NCBI RefSeq assembly: GCF_004010195.1
Contig: NC_057757.1
Coordinates: forward strand, 4,312,314-4,376,313
Reading direction: 5' to 3'
Length of the DNA stretch: 64,000 nucleotides
Source: Chiloscyllium plagiosum
Lineage: Eukaryota
The notes under the pieces were generated by a model that did not search any database, had not been told where the DNA came from, and saw only the letters and a list, made by a program, of their open reading frames with translations. Made by a program: the position numbers and the translations under genes. Each line of letters opens with the position of its first letter. Position 1 is the first letter of the stretch. Positions 13,601 through 28,600 of the stretch are shown piece by piece.

Positions 13601-16600
13601 ACGAACTGAGGAATATATCATTTTGAAAAGACGTACTGAAAATTGAATTTAGGCAACTGTGTATTATCGAGATTCAGATGCAATGAGTCATTCCAAATCC
13701 TTCGAAGTAAGTTGCTGGAGAATTCAATGTCTATCCCCAATGTGGGTACATCCTTCTGCTAATCAAATGCTTTTTACTCTATGCAAGCCTGACCTGCCTT
13801 GAGATGTGATGATTGACCAGACCATGACACTAATACGTCCAATTTCAAAGATTCCTTTTGATTAGTATTCTGGGCCCAATTAATGTGGGGCTATCGCAGA
13901 CTTTGCACAGCAGAGAGATTTAATGGCTGTGTCTTAACAAACAGATTCTGTCCTCGAATGGTCTTTTCAAACATTGCGTCAAAATGTAGAAGTTGTTTAG
14001 CACGCTTGCCATCATTGCTCAGACCTTTGAGTATAGGAGTTGAGACGTCATGTTGAGGTTGTACACGATGTTGGTGAGGCCTCTTCTGGAGCACTGTGTC
14101 CAGTTCTGGTCACCCTGTTATAGGAAGGATATCATTAAGCTGGAGAGGAATCAGAAGATTTACCAGGATGTCACCGGGAATGGAGGATTTCACTTATGAG
14201 GAGAGGCTGGATAGGCTGGGACTTTTTTCAGAGGTGTGCCGGAGATTGAGGAATGACCTTATAGAGATTTATAGAATCATGAGGGATGTAGATAAGGTAA
14301 TTGGCAGGTGTCTTGGGTGGGGGGGCTTGAAGACAAAGGGGGCACATTTTTAAGGCGAGAGGAGAAAGATTTAAAGACATGAGGGGCAAATATTTTACAC
14401 AGAGAGTGGTTCGTGTGTGGAATGAACTTCCAGAGGAAGTGGTGGATATGGGGACAGTTACAATGTTTAAAAGACATTTGGATAAGTACATGAATAGGAA
14501 AGGTTTGGAGGGATATGGGCCAGGAGCAGGCAGGTGGGGACTAGTTTAATTTGGGATTATGGATGGCATGGACTGTTTGTACCAAAGGGTCTGTTTCTGT
14601 GCCATCTGACTCTATGATACAAGGTTCAATAACATGAATGCAAAGGAGACAATACCTTGATCATTTTTTCAAATCACTATAATTTTTCATTTAGTAACAG
14701 AGATACAAGGAGGTTAGATATCCATTCGTGAAGGGGAAATAGATGATTAAACTCCAAAAGATAGAAGGTAGGAGCAGGCATAAACCATTCAGCCCTTCGA
14801 ACCTGCTCTGCCACTTAATACTATCACCTGCTGATCATCCAACACAGTCCCCTGTTTCGGCTTTCTCTCCCATACCCCTTAATATCCTTCGTTTCAAGTA
14901 ACTCCTTCTTGAAGACATTCAATGTTTTGGCCTGAATTGCTTTCTGTGACAGAGAATCCCAGAGGCTCCCCACTCTCTGGGTGAAGACATTTCTCCTTAT
15001 CTCAGTCATACCCTGGCTACTTCAGACTGAGACCCCCTCCCCCCCATCTCGGGTCTGGACCCATCTGGTCATTGGGAATATCCTTCCTGCATTCACACCT
15101 GCCTCGTCCTGTTAGAATTTTGTGACGATGAATGAGTGTGCACTGGAAAGTTAATTTGACCAGATTATTACTCAATCACCATACGATAGGTTGAGATTCA
15201 CCTGAGAAAGGATGAAGAGATGAGTAAACTCGAATGAATGAATGCAAACTGCAGTGTTCATTTAACTTTGGAGAGAGAATACTGACTCTGCAGGCTGTGT
15301 AATTCTGAATGAACCAAAGGTTTAAACAGTCAAGCTGAAAATGTAAATACTCAATTGATCCTGTGCACATCGTTCACTAACAATTTGTCCATTCCACACG
15401 GAAAGGTTACGTTAGCAAAGGCATTATACCTAAAGTTTTAAAAATTGGTTCCTCGAGTGGAGTAAGGACAGAGAGAGAGAGTGTGAGCAATGACATGTGT
15501 TGGAGATAGACACAAGTCCAAGCCCCTTCATTGCAGTGTTACCCAGAACAAAAAATATATGTCTTTAATCTAATATGAGGTAGTGAGCCATGTCATATCT
15601 GAGACACATACATTCATAGAGTCATAAAGGTAAATGGAAACAGACCCTTTGGTCCAACCCATCCATGCCGACCAGATATCTTAACCTTATCTACTCCCAT
15701 TTGCCAGCATTTGCTCCATATGACCTCCCAGCTCCTATACTCAATGCACTGACCAATAAAGGCAAGCGAACCAAATTCCTTCTTCACTATCCTGTCTACC
15801 TCTGACTCCACCTTCAAGGAACTCTCAACCTGCATCCCAAAGTCTCTTTGTTCAGCAACACTCCCCAGGACCCGACTTTTAAGCGGATAAGTCCTGCCCT
15901 GACTTGTCTTAGCAAAATACAACATTTTGCATTTATTTAAATTAAACTCCATCTGCCACTCCTCGGCCTATCTGACTGTGTTTCGTTCCTCATGGATGCT
16001 GTCAGACCTGCTGAGTTTCCCCAGCAATTTCTGTCTTCATTCCAAATGTTAATCCGATTGAGCTGAAAATGTAAATGTGCGATTGACTCTCTGTAGACAC
16101 CGTTCATTAATACAATGTGTTTGTTCCACAGGGAAAGGTTAAGACTTCAAGGGTATTATCTTTAATTTTAGAAATCAGTTTTTCTGAAGGATCAGGGCAG
16201 AGAGAGTGAGCAATAAATGTGTTGGTGATAAACAGATACAAACTCCTTCACTGTAAAATTACCTTGGATGTTCTCATCTCTTCCTTTGTTATGAAGTAAT
16301 AATTGGATGAATTTTTTGTGTGAAAAATTCCTGCCCAATAAATGAAAAAAGCATATAGAGATGTACAGCACAGAAACAGACCCTTTGATCCAACTCATCC
16401 ATGCCGACTGGATATCCTAAATTAATCCAGTCTCAACTGCCAGCATTTGGCCCATATCCCTGTTCATATACACATCCAGATGCCATTTAAATGCAATAAT
16501 TGTACCAGCCTCCACCACTTCCTCTGGCAGCTCATTCCATATACACACCAACCTCTGCGGGAAACTGTTGCCCCGTAGGTCATTTTTAAATCTTTCCCCA

Positions 16601-19600
16601 TTCATCTTGAACCTATGCCCCTCTATGTTTAGACTCCCCCACCCCTGGGGAAAAGACTTTGGCTACTTACCCCACCCATGCCCCTTATAATTTTATAGAC
16701 CTCTATAAGGTCACCCTTCAGCCAGCGATGCGCCAGGGAAAATACCCCCAGCCTATTCAGCCTCTCCCTGTAGCTCAAATCCTCCAATCCTGGTAACATC
16801 CTTGTAAATATTTTCTGTACCCTTTCAAATTTAACAGCGTCTTCCTATAGCAGGGAGACCAGCATTGAATGCAGTATTCCAAAAGTGACCTAACCAATGT
16901 CCTGTACAGCTGCTACATGACCTCCCAACTCCTATACTCAGTGCACTGACTGATAAAAGCACGCCTTCTTCACTACCCTGTCTACCTGTTACTCCACCTT
17001 CAAGTAGCTATGAACCTGCACTCCAAAGTCTCTTTGTTCGGCAACACTCCCCAGGACCCTACTTTTAAGTGTATACATCCTGCCCTGATTTGCCTTTCTA
17101 AAAGGAAGCACCTCACATTTATTTAAATTAAACTCCCTCTGCCACTCCTTGACCCACCTGACTCTGTTTCATTCCTCATGGATGCTGTCAGACCTGCTGA
17201 ATTTCTCCAGCAATTTCTCTCTTCATTTCAAATGTTAATCCGATTTATCTGAAATTGTTAAACGTGCAATTGATTCTCTGTGGACACCGTTCATTAACAC
17301 AATGTGTTTGTTCCACAGGGAAAGGTTATGACAAAGGTACGGCCTTTAATTCGAAAAATTGTTTTTTTCCCAAAGGAGTCAGGGAAAGACAGTGAGCAAT
17401 AAAGGATGTTGGTGATAGACAGATACAAACCCCTTCACTTCAAAGTTATCCTGAATATTCCCATCTCCTCCTTTGTTACTCAGCATTCATTGCGTGAATT
17501 TTTTGTGTTAGAAGGTACTGGCCAATGAAAGATATGTGCATATATTGTAACATTTGATGATACATTTAGGGAATTTTGTATTGACTAGTCAGTCCTCTCA
17601 TATTGGGAAACAAGAAAACCAAATTTTGCATCATTGCCAGGAAATACTCGAGTCTTACCTATCGTTTGTTTGGCTCTGATGGCACTGGGAGTAGGAACAA
17701 TCAAAGTTTGATAATGGCAGAGGTAGAAAAAGCCAAGACAGACCACACTCCTCACCACTTAAGTAAGATCACAAATGTAAGAGTTGAATTAGGCCATTCG
17801 GCCCATCGAGCCTGCTCTGCCCTTTGATCATGGCTGATATGTTTCTCAACCCCATTCTCCTGCCTTCTCCCCATAACCCTCGATCCCCGTTCTGATAATC
17901 AGGAACCTATCTCTTTCTCTCTGTCTTAAAGACACTCAATGACTTGGCCTCCCCAGCCCTCTGCAGCAATGAGTTGCATCGGTTCACCACCCTCTGGCTG
18001 AAGAAATGCCTTCTCGTCTCAGTTCTGAAGGGTCTCCCCTTCACTCTGAGGCTGTTCCTTAGTCTTTCCTACTGGTGGAAACATCTTCTCCACATCCGCT
18101 CTGTGATATTAGATGATAGTGGTATTATCCCTGGACTCTTAATCCAGAGACCCAGATAATATTCTGGGAAACCCATGTTTGAAGCCTACCATAGTGGAAT
18201 TTGAATTCAATTTTTTTTAAAAGTCTGCAATTAAGTGTCTAATGATGATCGTGAATCCATTGCCAATTGAGGGGGTGGGGGGAAATGCCCATCTGGTTCA
18301 CTAATGTCCTTTAGGGAAGGAAAATGCCCTCCTTACCTGGTTTGGCCTACACATAACGCCAGACCCACAGCCATGTGGTTGACTCTTAACTGTTCTCTGG
18401 GCAATTAGGGATGGGCAATAAATGCTGGGCCTAGCCAGTGATGTCCACATCACATGAATGAATTTTTAAAAAGACTCTATTCAGGCCTCTGTAAGTTTTA
18501 ATGAGATTCCGTCAGTAATGATGGTGATGGGAAAATGGATGTGAACTATTTATAACTATTTATTCCATTGGCTGAGGTTTCCTAGTAGTTTGGAGATTGA
18601 ATGAGATGGCTGTATCCAATGAGCCATGTCAAATATTTAATATTACCAAATGCATAGCTCACTATCCACCTCCAAAGTTAAACATGTTATTCCTTGCAAT
18701 TACAGACTCTCTGAGCTACACACCTCTATCCTACTCTGAGATGTAATCACTAATCTGATCCATGATCAAAAAAACTTAATAATGAATAAACTTCTGCCCT
18801 CAAGTCATACAGAACCAATCCTTATCAAGACAGTGAAGAGATTAGTGGCTCCATTAAACATTGGACAATAGATTTGTGACATAGTTAAGCCATCTTCTGG
18901 CATATGGAAGTTTGTAAAATAAAGATATTGAGCCAAAATTATTATACAGTGGGTGAAATATTGCATTTGCAAAGGGTAAAATTCACATAGTTTGCAAAAA
19001 AAAGACAGTAAATGGGTTTACTACATATTATGCAGTAGCCAGTTACATTACATTACACCTGAGATACTGTTGTGAGACAATTAGGCTTAACATGAGAATC
19101 ATAGAGTCCCAACAGTGTGAAAGAATGAAATTCGGCCCATCAGGTTCACACTGACCCTCCAAAGAGCATCCTACCCAGACCCAAACCCCTACCCTAGCCC
19201 TGTAACCCTGCATTTCTCCTGGCACCTCTGTCTTCAAAACCTCACCTAGAAACAAAAAAGGGAAAATACACCTCACAAAGCTACAAGCCTCCAGAGTGTG
19301 TAATTCTGAATGAACTGAATGTTAAATTAATCGAGCTGAAAAGGTAAATGTTCAATTGACTCTGTGTAGGCGCTGTTCCTTAACACTAACCATTTGTTCC
19401 ACAGGCTATGACAGGCTAATTTTATAAATCAAAACCTCCAAAGGAATCAGGGCAGAGAGAGTGGTCAATAAAAAGTGGTGATGATAGACAGACAGACACA
19501 AACCCCTTCGTTTTAACCCTGACATTGCCTTCCATTCCTTTGTTGCAAAGTGTTAACTGGGTGAATTTCCCCATTCTAAAGTTTATGGGCTAAGGCATAA

Positions 19601-22600
19601 ATATGGTCATATATAATATAAAATTTGTAAATAAGTTCTTTTTAATCAGAAAATGTGGTGGGTAATAACTGTGACCCCTTGCAACTCTCCAAATTGGTAC
19701 CTGTCCTTCCAGCAGCAGCCACCCCGTCCTCTGTGGTGCTGTTGAGCACAGAACCCAGCTGGTCTCCCTCTGCCTTCCTCCCTCCCCCTCCCCCTCCCCC
19801 TCCCCCGCACCCTCCTGATGGGCAGGCAGCTCACCCTTGGCAGGTGGCTGACCCGTGGCATTGCTCCTGCCTGATGGGCTTTGTGGCCCAGAGACATTCC
19901 CCTCTAATCCCATACCCCTCAAAAATCGGGAGAGGCGACGGCCTGGAGGTGTTATGACTGGACTGTTCATCCAGAGACCCTGGTAACGTTGCGGGGACCC
20001 AGGATCGAATCCGACCATGGGATTAAAAATCTGGAATTAAGACTCTAACCATGATAGTTGTCCATTGCTGGAAAAACCCATCTAGCTCACTTAACCGCCT
20101 TCAGGGAAGGAAACTGCTGCCCTTACACAGTCTGGCCTACATGTGACCCCAGACCCACAGCCAACATGGCTGACACTTTACTACCGTCTGGGCAACTAGG
20201 GATAGGCAAAAAATGCTGGACCCAGCCACTGATGCCCTCACCTTGTGAATAAATGAACAAAAAATAATGAGGGGCAGGGCTTTCAGCTTGGGACCTCGGA
20301 GCTGCATTACACAGCAAGATCCCAACTCTTAATGTGCCTGTGAAAGAGCAATATGGACACAAAGTCCATCGAGTTCTGAGAGGGCCCACTGCTGAATCGA
20401 TTGCATTAAACTTTGTGGTTGGTGGCTCAGCGCCACCTCCAGCGCCATGGACACGGGTTTGATTCCACCGTCGGGTGATGGTCTGCGTGGAGTTTGCACA
20501 TTCTCCTCGTGTCTGTATGGGTTTCTTCTCACCGTTCAAACATGTGCAGGTTCGAGTGGATTGGCCATGCTATATTACCTCATAGTGCCCAGAGATGTGC
20601 AGGTTAGGGTGGATCGGCCATGCTAAATTGTCCCATAGTGCCATGGGGTGTGCAGGTTAGGGTGGATTGGCCATGCTAAATTTTCCGGTAGTGTCCAGGC
20701 ATGTACAGGTTAGGGTGGTTTGGCAATGGGAAATTACCCCATAGTGTCCAGGGATGTAAGGTTAGGGTGGATTGACCATGCTAAATTGCCCCGTAGTTTC
20801 CAGGGATCTACAGGTTAGGGTGGATTTGCCGTGCTAAATTTTCCCATAGTATCCAGGGATGTGTAAGTTAGGGTGTATTGGCTGTGCTAAATTGTCCCAT
20901 TGTATCCAGGGATGTGTAGGTTAGGGTGTATTGGCCGTGCTAAATTTCCCATTGTATCCAGGGATGTGTAGGTTAGGGTGTATTGGCCGTGCTAAATTGT
21001 CCCATTGTATCCAGGGATGTGTAGGTTAGGGTGTATTGGCTGTGCTAAATTGCTCCGTGGTGTCCAATGTTTTGCAGGCTTGGTGGGTTGGCCATGGGAA
21101 GTGCAGGCATAGGGTGGGGGTGGTGCGGGGCGGGTCTGGGCGGAATGGTCTACAGAGAGCCGGTGTGAACTGGAGTGGCCGAATGGCCGGGTTCCACATT
21201 ATAGGGATCCTATGACGGTATGTGAGTCCTCAATTCATTTTCCAAACTAACACAGTCTCTTTGTTGTTTATCCCCACAGGCTATGGCCCCAAAGGTATGG
21301 CATTTAATTTGACACCTTGATATCTCCGAAAGGAATAAGGACAGAGGGGCTGAAACAAAAATGCAAACGCAGACCCTTTCCCTACAAACACAGCCAACAC
21401 CCTCTCCCCTCCCCCTTCCCAGTGAGGAATGACCTTTTCTGAAATTGGGGACTGGGTGCCGTTTGTCATTGTTGCAGACATCAGGATTCAGCAGCTGCAG
21501 CATTGTATTGTTATTCAACTGTGTTGGAACTGTGGTAATTCAAATTGTGCCCTGCGATGTTCACTAACACAATCTATTTGTTTCACAGGCAAAGGATATA
21601 GAGGCACAGGTATGGTCTTTCATTCAATATACCCTTTGCCACAAAAGGTCAGTAAGTTTGCAGATGACGCCAAAATTGGCAGATTAGTGGACAGTGAAGA
21701 AGGTTACCTCAGAGTACAACAGGATCTTGATCAGATGGGCCAATGGGTTGAGGAGTTTAATTTAGATAAATATGAGGTGCTGCTTTTTGGAAAGGCAATC
21801 AGGGCAGGACTTATACACTTAATGGTAAGTTCCTGGGGAGCGTTGCTGAACAAAGAGACATTGGAGTGCAGGTTCATAGTTCCTCAAAAGTGGAATCGCA
21901 AGTAGAGAGGGTAGTGAAGAAGGTATTTGGTATGCTTTCCTTTATGGTCAGTGCATTGAGTATTGGGAGTTGCGGTTATACAGGACATTGGTTAGGCCAC
22001 TTTTGGAATATTTCATTGAATTCTGGTCTCCTTGCTACAGGAAAGGTATTGTTAAACTTGAAAGGGTGCAGAAAAGATTTACAAGAATGTTGCCAGGGTT
22101 GGATGGTCTGAGCTACAGGGAGAGGCTTAATAGGCTGGGGCTATTTTCCCTGGAGGGTCGGAGGCTGAGGGGTGATCTTCTAGAGGTTTATAAGATCATG
22201 CGGGGGCATGGACAGGGTGAATAGCCAAAGTCTTTTTCCCAGAGTAGGGGAGTCCAAAACTAGAGGACATAGGTTTAAGGTGAGAGTGGAAAGGTTTAAA
22301 AGGGACCTTTTTCAGGGTGGTGCACGTATGGAATGAGGAAGTGGTGGAGGCTGATACAATGTCAGCATTTAAAAGGCATTTGGAAGGATATATGAATAGG
22401 AAGGTATAATAATTAGAATTCCTACAGTGTGGAAACAGGCCCTTTGGCCCAATAAGTCCACACCACCCTTCCAAAGGGTAACCCATCTGATGCATTCCCC
22501 CTGAATTCACTTAACCTGCACATCTCTGAAAACTTTGGGCAATTTAGCATGGTCAATTCAACTAACCTGCACATCTTTGGACTGTGGGAGGAAACCAGAG

Positions 22601-25600
22601 CACCCAGACACAGGGAGAATGTGCAAACTCCACACAGGCAGTCACCTGAGGCTGGAGTTGAACCCAGGTCCCTGGCGCTGTGAGGTAGCAGTGCTAGCCA
22701 CTGAGCCACCGTGCTGCCCCAGCAGGATATGGACCAAGTACAGGCAAATGGGATGAGATTAATGTTTCCATGCTGTATATCTATATGACTCGATACAGTA
22801 AAAGGACTGAAGACAATCACTGAGCTATCGGTTATTACTATCATTGATTGCAGATTCCTCCTCTTTCCCTCGTTCTTGGGATGAATTTCCTGTTCTGGAA
22901 ATCTTCGGCTAAGGGATGAATATGTTTTTTGAAATCATGGCATTCAGCACAACAAGCACTTAACCGGAGGTCGAGCTCATTCCCCGAAGTACAATAACGG
23001 CAAATCCCACCCAGGACTGCCCGATCTCTTGCCTCCCACTTCGGGAATCCCGCTTTGTGGAGCGGACGGCAATAAAGATGGCAGCGGGTGGGAGAATTTA
23101 CCTTCCCTACCTTGTGTGCACAAATGGGAACAAATGGATGCAATTCTTTGATGCCGCTGACTGAGATTGCCAATTTCCATTGAACTTATGGCTTGGTCAT
23201 AAAACATAGAAACTGGTGTAGGCCATTCAGCCCATCGGGTCTGCTCTGCCGTTCAATGGCTGATCCTCTACTTCACTTTCTCCCTTGATTCCCTTTCTGG
23301 TTAAAAATCTATCGCAACCTCGAATACTCTTAAAAACCCAGCCTGGGCAGCCCTCTGTGGGAAAGAATTCCGCAGAAACATTCCCCTCGAAGAGAAAGAA
23401 TTCCTCCTCCTCTCTGTCTTCAGTGGGCGACCCCTCACTCTGAGATGATGCTGACTGGTCCTGGTCTCTCCCACACAAGGGAGAAACAACCTCTCCATAT
23501 CCCCCCTGTCAAGTCCCCTTGTATGTTTCAGGTATTGTCCATCATTTTATACAGAGTTTAGATTAGAGTGGTGTTGCAAAAGCAGAGCAGTTCAGGCAGC
23601 ATCCGAGGAGCAGGAAAATTGACGTTTCGGGCAAAAGATTGTTGCCCTGGGGTTGAAGTGTTCCGAGGCAGAAGATGAGGCGTTCTTTCTCCAGGCGTCT
23701 GGTGGTGAGGGAGCGGCGGTGAAGGAGGCCCAGGACCTCCATGTCCTCGGCAGAGTGGGAGGGGGAGTTGAAATGTTGGGCCACAGGGCGGTGTGGTTGA
23801 TTGGTGCGGGTGTCCCGGAGATGTTCCCTAAAGTGCTCTGCTAGGAGGCGTTCAGTCTCCCCAATGCAGAGGAGACCACAACGGGAGCAACAGATACAAT
23901 AAATGATATTAGTGGATGTGCAGGTAAAACTTTGATGGATGTGGAGGCTCCTTTAGGGCCTTGGATGGAGGTGAGGGAGGAGGTGTGGGTGCAGGTTTTG
24001 CAATTCCTGCAGTGGCAGGGGAAGGTACCAGGATGGGAGGGTGGGTTGTTGGAGGGTGTGGACCTGACCAGGTAGTCACGAAGGGAACGGTCTTTGCGGA
24101 AGGTGGAAAGGGGTGGGGAGGGAAATATATCCCTGGTCTGTTTGGAGGTGGTGGAAATGTTGGCGAATGATTTGGTTTATGCGAAGGTTGGTAGGGTGGA
24201 GGGTGAGCACCGGGAGGGGTTCTGTCCTTGTTACGGTTGGGGGGGTGGGGTCTGAGTGCGGAGGTGCAGGATGTGGACGAGGTGCGTTGGAGAGCATCTT
24301 TAACCATGTGGGAAGATCTGGTGTGTTCTGTGGTGGAACTGGTCCTCCTGGGAGCAGATACGGTGGAGGCGGAGGACCAACTTGACACTGACATTTTTTA
24401 CAAACCCACCGACTCCCACAGCTACCTGGATTACACCTCTTCCAACCCTAAATCCTGCAAAAATGCCATCTCCTATTCTCAATTCCTCCACCTCCGCCGT
24501 ATCTGCTCCCAGGAGGACCAGTCAATTTTCCTGTTCCTCGGATGCTGCCTGAACTGCTATGCTTTTCCAGCACCACTCTGATCTAAACTCTGTTTTCCAG
24601 CACCTGCAGTCATTGTTTTTACCCTGTTTTTACCTAGCATTTTATACACCCAATTCCACTGAAGGGAGACAGACCTCACTTTAATTCTGTGCCCCTTTTA
24701 TGTGTCCACCTTTTACGAGTGGGGACAGCTTCCACTCTGCCCACTCATGATTTTGAAAATCTCGATCAGATCTCCCTCTCAATCTACTTCACTCTAAGTC
24801 CCAGCTTCATCAATCTACCCTCATCACTGAGGTTTATCATCCCTTTAACCATTGGGGTGTTACGGTGGCTCAGCAGTTAGCACTACTGCCTCACAGCACC
24901 AGGGACCCAGGCTTGATTCCAGCCTTGGGTGACTCTGTGTGGAGTTGTGCATTCTCCCCGTGTCTGCATGGGTTTCCTCCCACAATCCCACAGGTCAGGT
25001 GAATTGGTCATGCTAAATTGCCCATAGTGTTAGGTGCATCATTCCACACATGTACCACCCTCTACATGAACAAATTGCCTCTGAGGTCTCTTTTATATCT
25101 TTCCCCTCTCACCCTAAACCTATGCCCTCCAGTTCTGGACTCCCCCACCTCAGGGAAAAGACCTTGTCTATTTACCCTACCCATACACCTCATGATTATA
25201 TAAACCTCTATAACATCACCCCTCAGCCTCCGATGCTCCAGGGAAAACAGCTGTAGCCTGTTCAGCCTCTCCCTATAGCTCAAATCCTCCAAACCTGGCA
25301 ACATCCTGGTAAATGTCTTCTGAACCCTTCCGATAGGAAGGAGACTAGAATTGCACGCAATATTCAAACAGTGGCCTAACCAACGTCCTGTACAGCTGCA
25401 ACATGACCTCCCAACTCCTGTACTCAATGCTCTGACCAATAAAGGAAAGCATACCAAATGCCTTCTTCACTATCGTATCTACCTGCGACTCCACTTTCAA
25501 GGAGCTATAAACCTGCTCTCCAAGGTCTCTTTGTTCAGCAACACTCCCTAGGACCTTACCATGACAAATTCCATTGCGTCCCAAGAAAAGCCAGCCTCTG

Positions 25601-28600
25601 ATCTCTCACTTTAAGATTCCAATAGCAGAGCCGTAAAATATTTGATGGGAATTACAGTGGGAAAGGATGTGAGGGAGCTGCATTTCCCTTCTGAAACTGA
25701 GTGCAGACAATTCATCGTATGGTACCACAGAACTTAAGACTTTGCTAAACAGGTTCACGCTTCTTATCTTGCACTCAGTTAATGATGTAAGAAGGGGACA
25801 TCATTCCATTCAATTGGAGAAAAGGTTGACCAATCATTGGGGTGGACATGCTGCAAGAGCAGTTGACTGTCAATCTTAATTCTTAGACAGGCAGGTTGAT
25901 TCTGATTCGTCCTTTGCTGTGTTACCATGGAGATGCGACAGAGGTTGGCTATCTCCATGAATCTTTTATTTAAAAAAAGGTGCAATGCATTTACCAGTTC
26001 ATTTTCCCTTCCTTTTTCAAGTCTGTTTCTTGCTTTCTAGTCCAGAATGGTTGTTATGGACCCAAGCAGACCCCTCCAATTATTTTAAGAAGCTAATGTG
26101 GACCCTAACACTTTCTTACTTTAAAGGTAAAATGGAAAGTGTTGTGTTCCAGATGCAATGCGCATGGTCAAATTACTCCACGTTAAACAAAACACAAATC
26201 TGTGTCTGAATTTGTCTTTTTGTCAAAGGGTGTGTTTATGGGATGTTATTATTTGAAACAGTCAATTAGTAATTGGTACTGCATCTATTATTCAGTTCCG
26301 TTTTTCAACAGAGTTAAATTATTCTGAATCCCTCTTTCTTTTGATTACATTTTACCTTGCCAACTTTAAGGGCATTTGAATGGTCATTGGATAGGCATAT
26401 GGATCAGAATGCAGTAGCATAGGTTAGATTGGTTGCACAGGTCGGTGCAACGTCGAGGGCCGAATGGCCTGTACTGTGCTGTAATGTTCTGTGTTTAAAT
26501 AAATTGTGTTTTGCGTAATGTCGAGTAGTTTGACCAGTCACATCATGTCTAGAACACAGCACTTAAAATAAGAAAAAGTTAGGCTCCGGGGTGGGGGTGG
26601 GGGTTGGGGAGGGTGTCTGCTCTGGTCCATAAATGAACTTTGCAATTCTATCCTGCCTTCAGACAGTAACAGTGAGGAGACCGCAATGCAATGTAATCCT
26701 TGAATAATGTTGGACCTGAGTCTGAGAGTTCCAATTGTTTTTTTTAACCGTCGATAGCCTAAATCACAGGCAAAGAGCATGACACACTTTCAAACATCAT
26801 GGCTGACGTTTCTCCCCCTTTTTTGGCCTCCGTTTGGGACTGAGGTTGTTGGGTGGCACTGACACTATATCCAATCCTCCGCAACCATCAAGAAAACTCA
26901 CTAGGTCACCCTCACAAGCTACAAGCGAAAGCAAGCGCCTCGTCCTATCAATTATCTACACACCAACTGCCCAGGAGATGAGGGTCACTCAGAGGCTATA
27001 ACGTTTGGATCCTAAATTCCATTAACCAAGACTTAGCCTGCCTACTGGGCAAAGCTACAAGGGAGTGGGCAATGTTGTGTCCTTCACTGGCTGTTGATCC
27101 GCCTCTTGTGGGCATTAGTTGTGGGGGAGTTGGCAAAGTCACCCATGGATGTTCTTGCCCAGCGGGGGTGAAATGAAGTTTCTTTCTTGAGCCCCCAAGC
27201 CCTCGCAGCTAGTCCCGTTGCCCACCCCTTGCCAGGGGAGTCGGGAGTGTGAGGAACCTTCAGCTTATAAAAATGTTTAACTTGCAAGAGAAGGAAGAAA
27301 GCTATGTTGCAGCGAAGTAACTGCTCAACAGAGTTAGAGATTCATTCAAATAGGAGGAGAGGCCAATAAATGAAACACTAAATGGCCTGCACCTGCCTCT
27401 ATGTTTTTATAAATGAATTAGAATAAATTAAAATATGGACAAATGGTCAAATATATTTTTATTTTGAAAGGGTAAAAGCAATCTTCAGTCTCTGCAATCT
27501 ATAGAACATAAAACAGTCCAGTTCAGGAACAGGCCCTTTAGCATCACCATGTTGTGCTGAGCATGACACCAAATTAAACTAATCCCTTCTGCCTGCCCTT
27601 AGTCCATTCCTCGCATATTCATGTGCTTATCTAAAAGCCCCTTAAATCCCCCCTACCGTATCTGCCTCCACCAGCAACCCTGGCATCGCGTTCTATACTC
27701 CTACTACTCTCTGTGTAAAAAAAACCCCACCTCTCACAACTCCTTTGAACTTTCCCCCTCTCAACTGAAATGCATGTCCCCTAGTTTTAGACATTTCAAC
27801 TCTGGGGAAAAAATTCTGACCGTCAACTCTATCTATGCATCTCATCATTTTATAGACTTCTAGCAGGTCTCCCCTCAGCCTCCGCCTCCCCAGAGAAATT
27901 TTTCTAGCCTCTCATAACCTCTAATTCAGGCTGCATCCTGGTAAACCTCTTCTGCACCCTCTCCAAAGCCTCCACATCCTTCCTGTAATGTGGTGACCAG
28001 AACTGAAGGCAATAGTTGAAGTGTGGCCTAACCAAAGTCTTATAAAGCTGCAACATAATATCCTGACTCTTGTACTCAATTCCTTGACCAATAAAGGCAA
28101 GCATGGCATATGCCTTCTTTACCACCCTATCTACTTGTGCGGCCACTCTCAGGAAGTTGTAAATGAATTAATTGTCATGATGATTGCTTTGCAATTGTAG
28201 TTTCTCAGCTCATTCTCCAATGATAAGGCTCACGAAAACTAATCTGTTTCTTCCACAGGATCGTATTATTTTGACAAAGGTATTGTCTTTAATTTTAGAG
28301 ATGGTTTTCCCCAGGGTGAACAGGGAGACTGTGACGTCTATTGATGGAAACAAATCTCAAATCTCTTCACCATGCCATAACCTGACACATTTACGTTTTT
28401 GTTGCTAATTACTGTTGGTATAAATTTATTTTTTTGAAATCAATGATTCATTGAAAACATTATTTTATTAATAGAAAACAGAGCAATTGAAAAAAAAACA
28501 ATTGCTTCCAATACAATCAAGCATGAGAGGGCAATAATGGGATGAATGGTGGTGTAGTTGTAAGGTCAAAGGCTGAATGATCCAGAGCATAAATATCTGT

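Noticed and set aside
14701..14712. 12-nt candidate exon AGATACAAGGAG
   Set aside because: Flanks lack the family cassette and the peptide lacks the GY motif; could be chance.
19590..20018. Pro/Gly-rich ORFs in a GC-rich patch
   Set aside because: Low-complexity C-runs plus SINE sequence, with no supporting splice structure.
20590..21035. TTAGGG motifs as an interstitial telomere
   Set aside because: Single hexamers inside a 52-bp SINE-derived unit.
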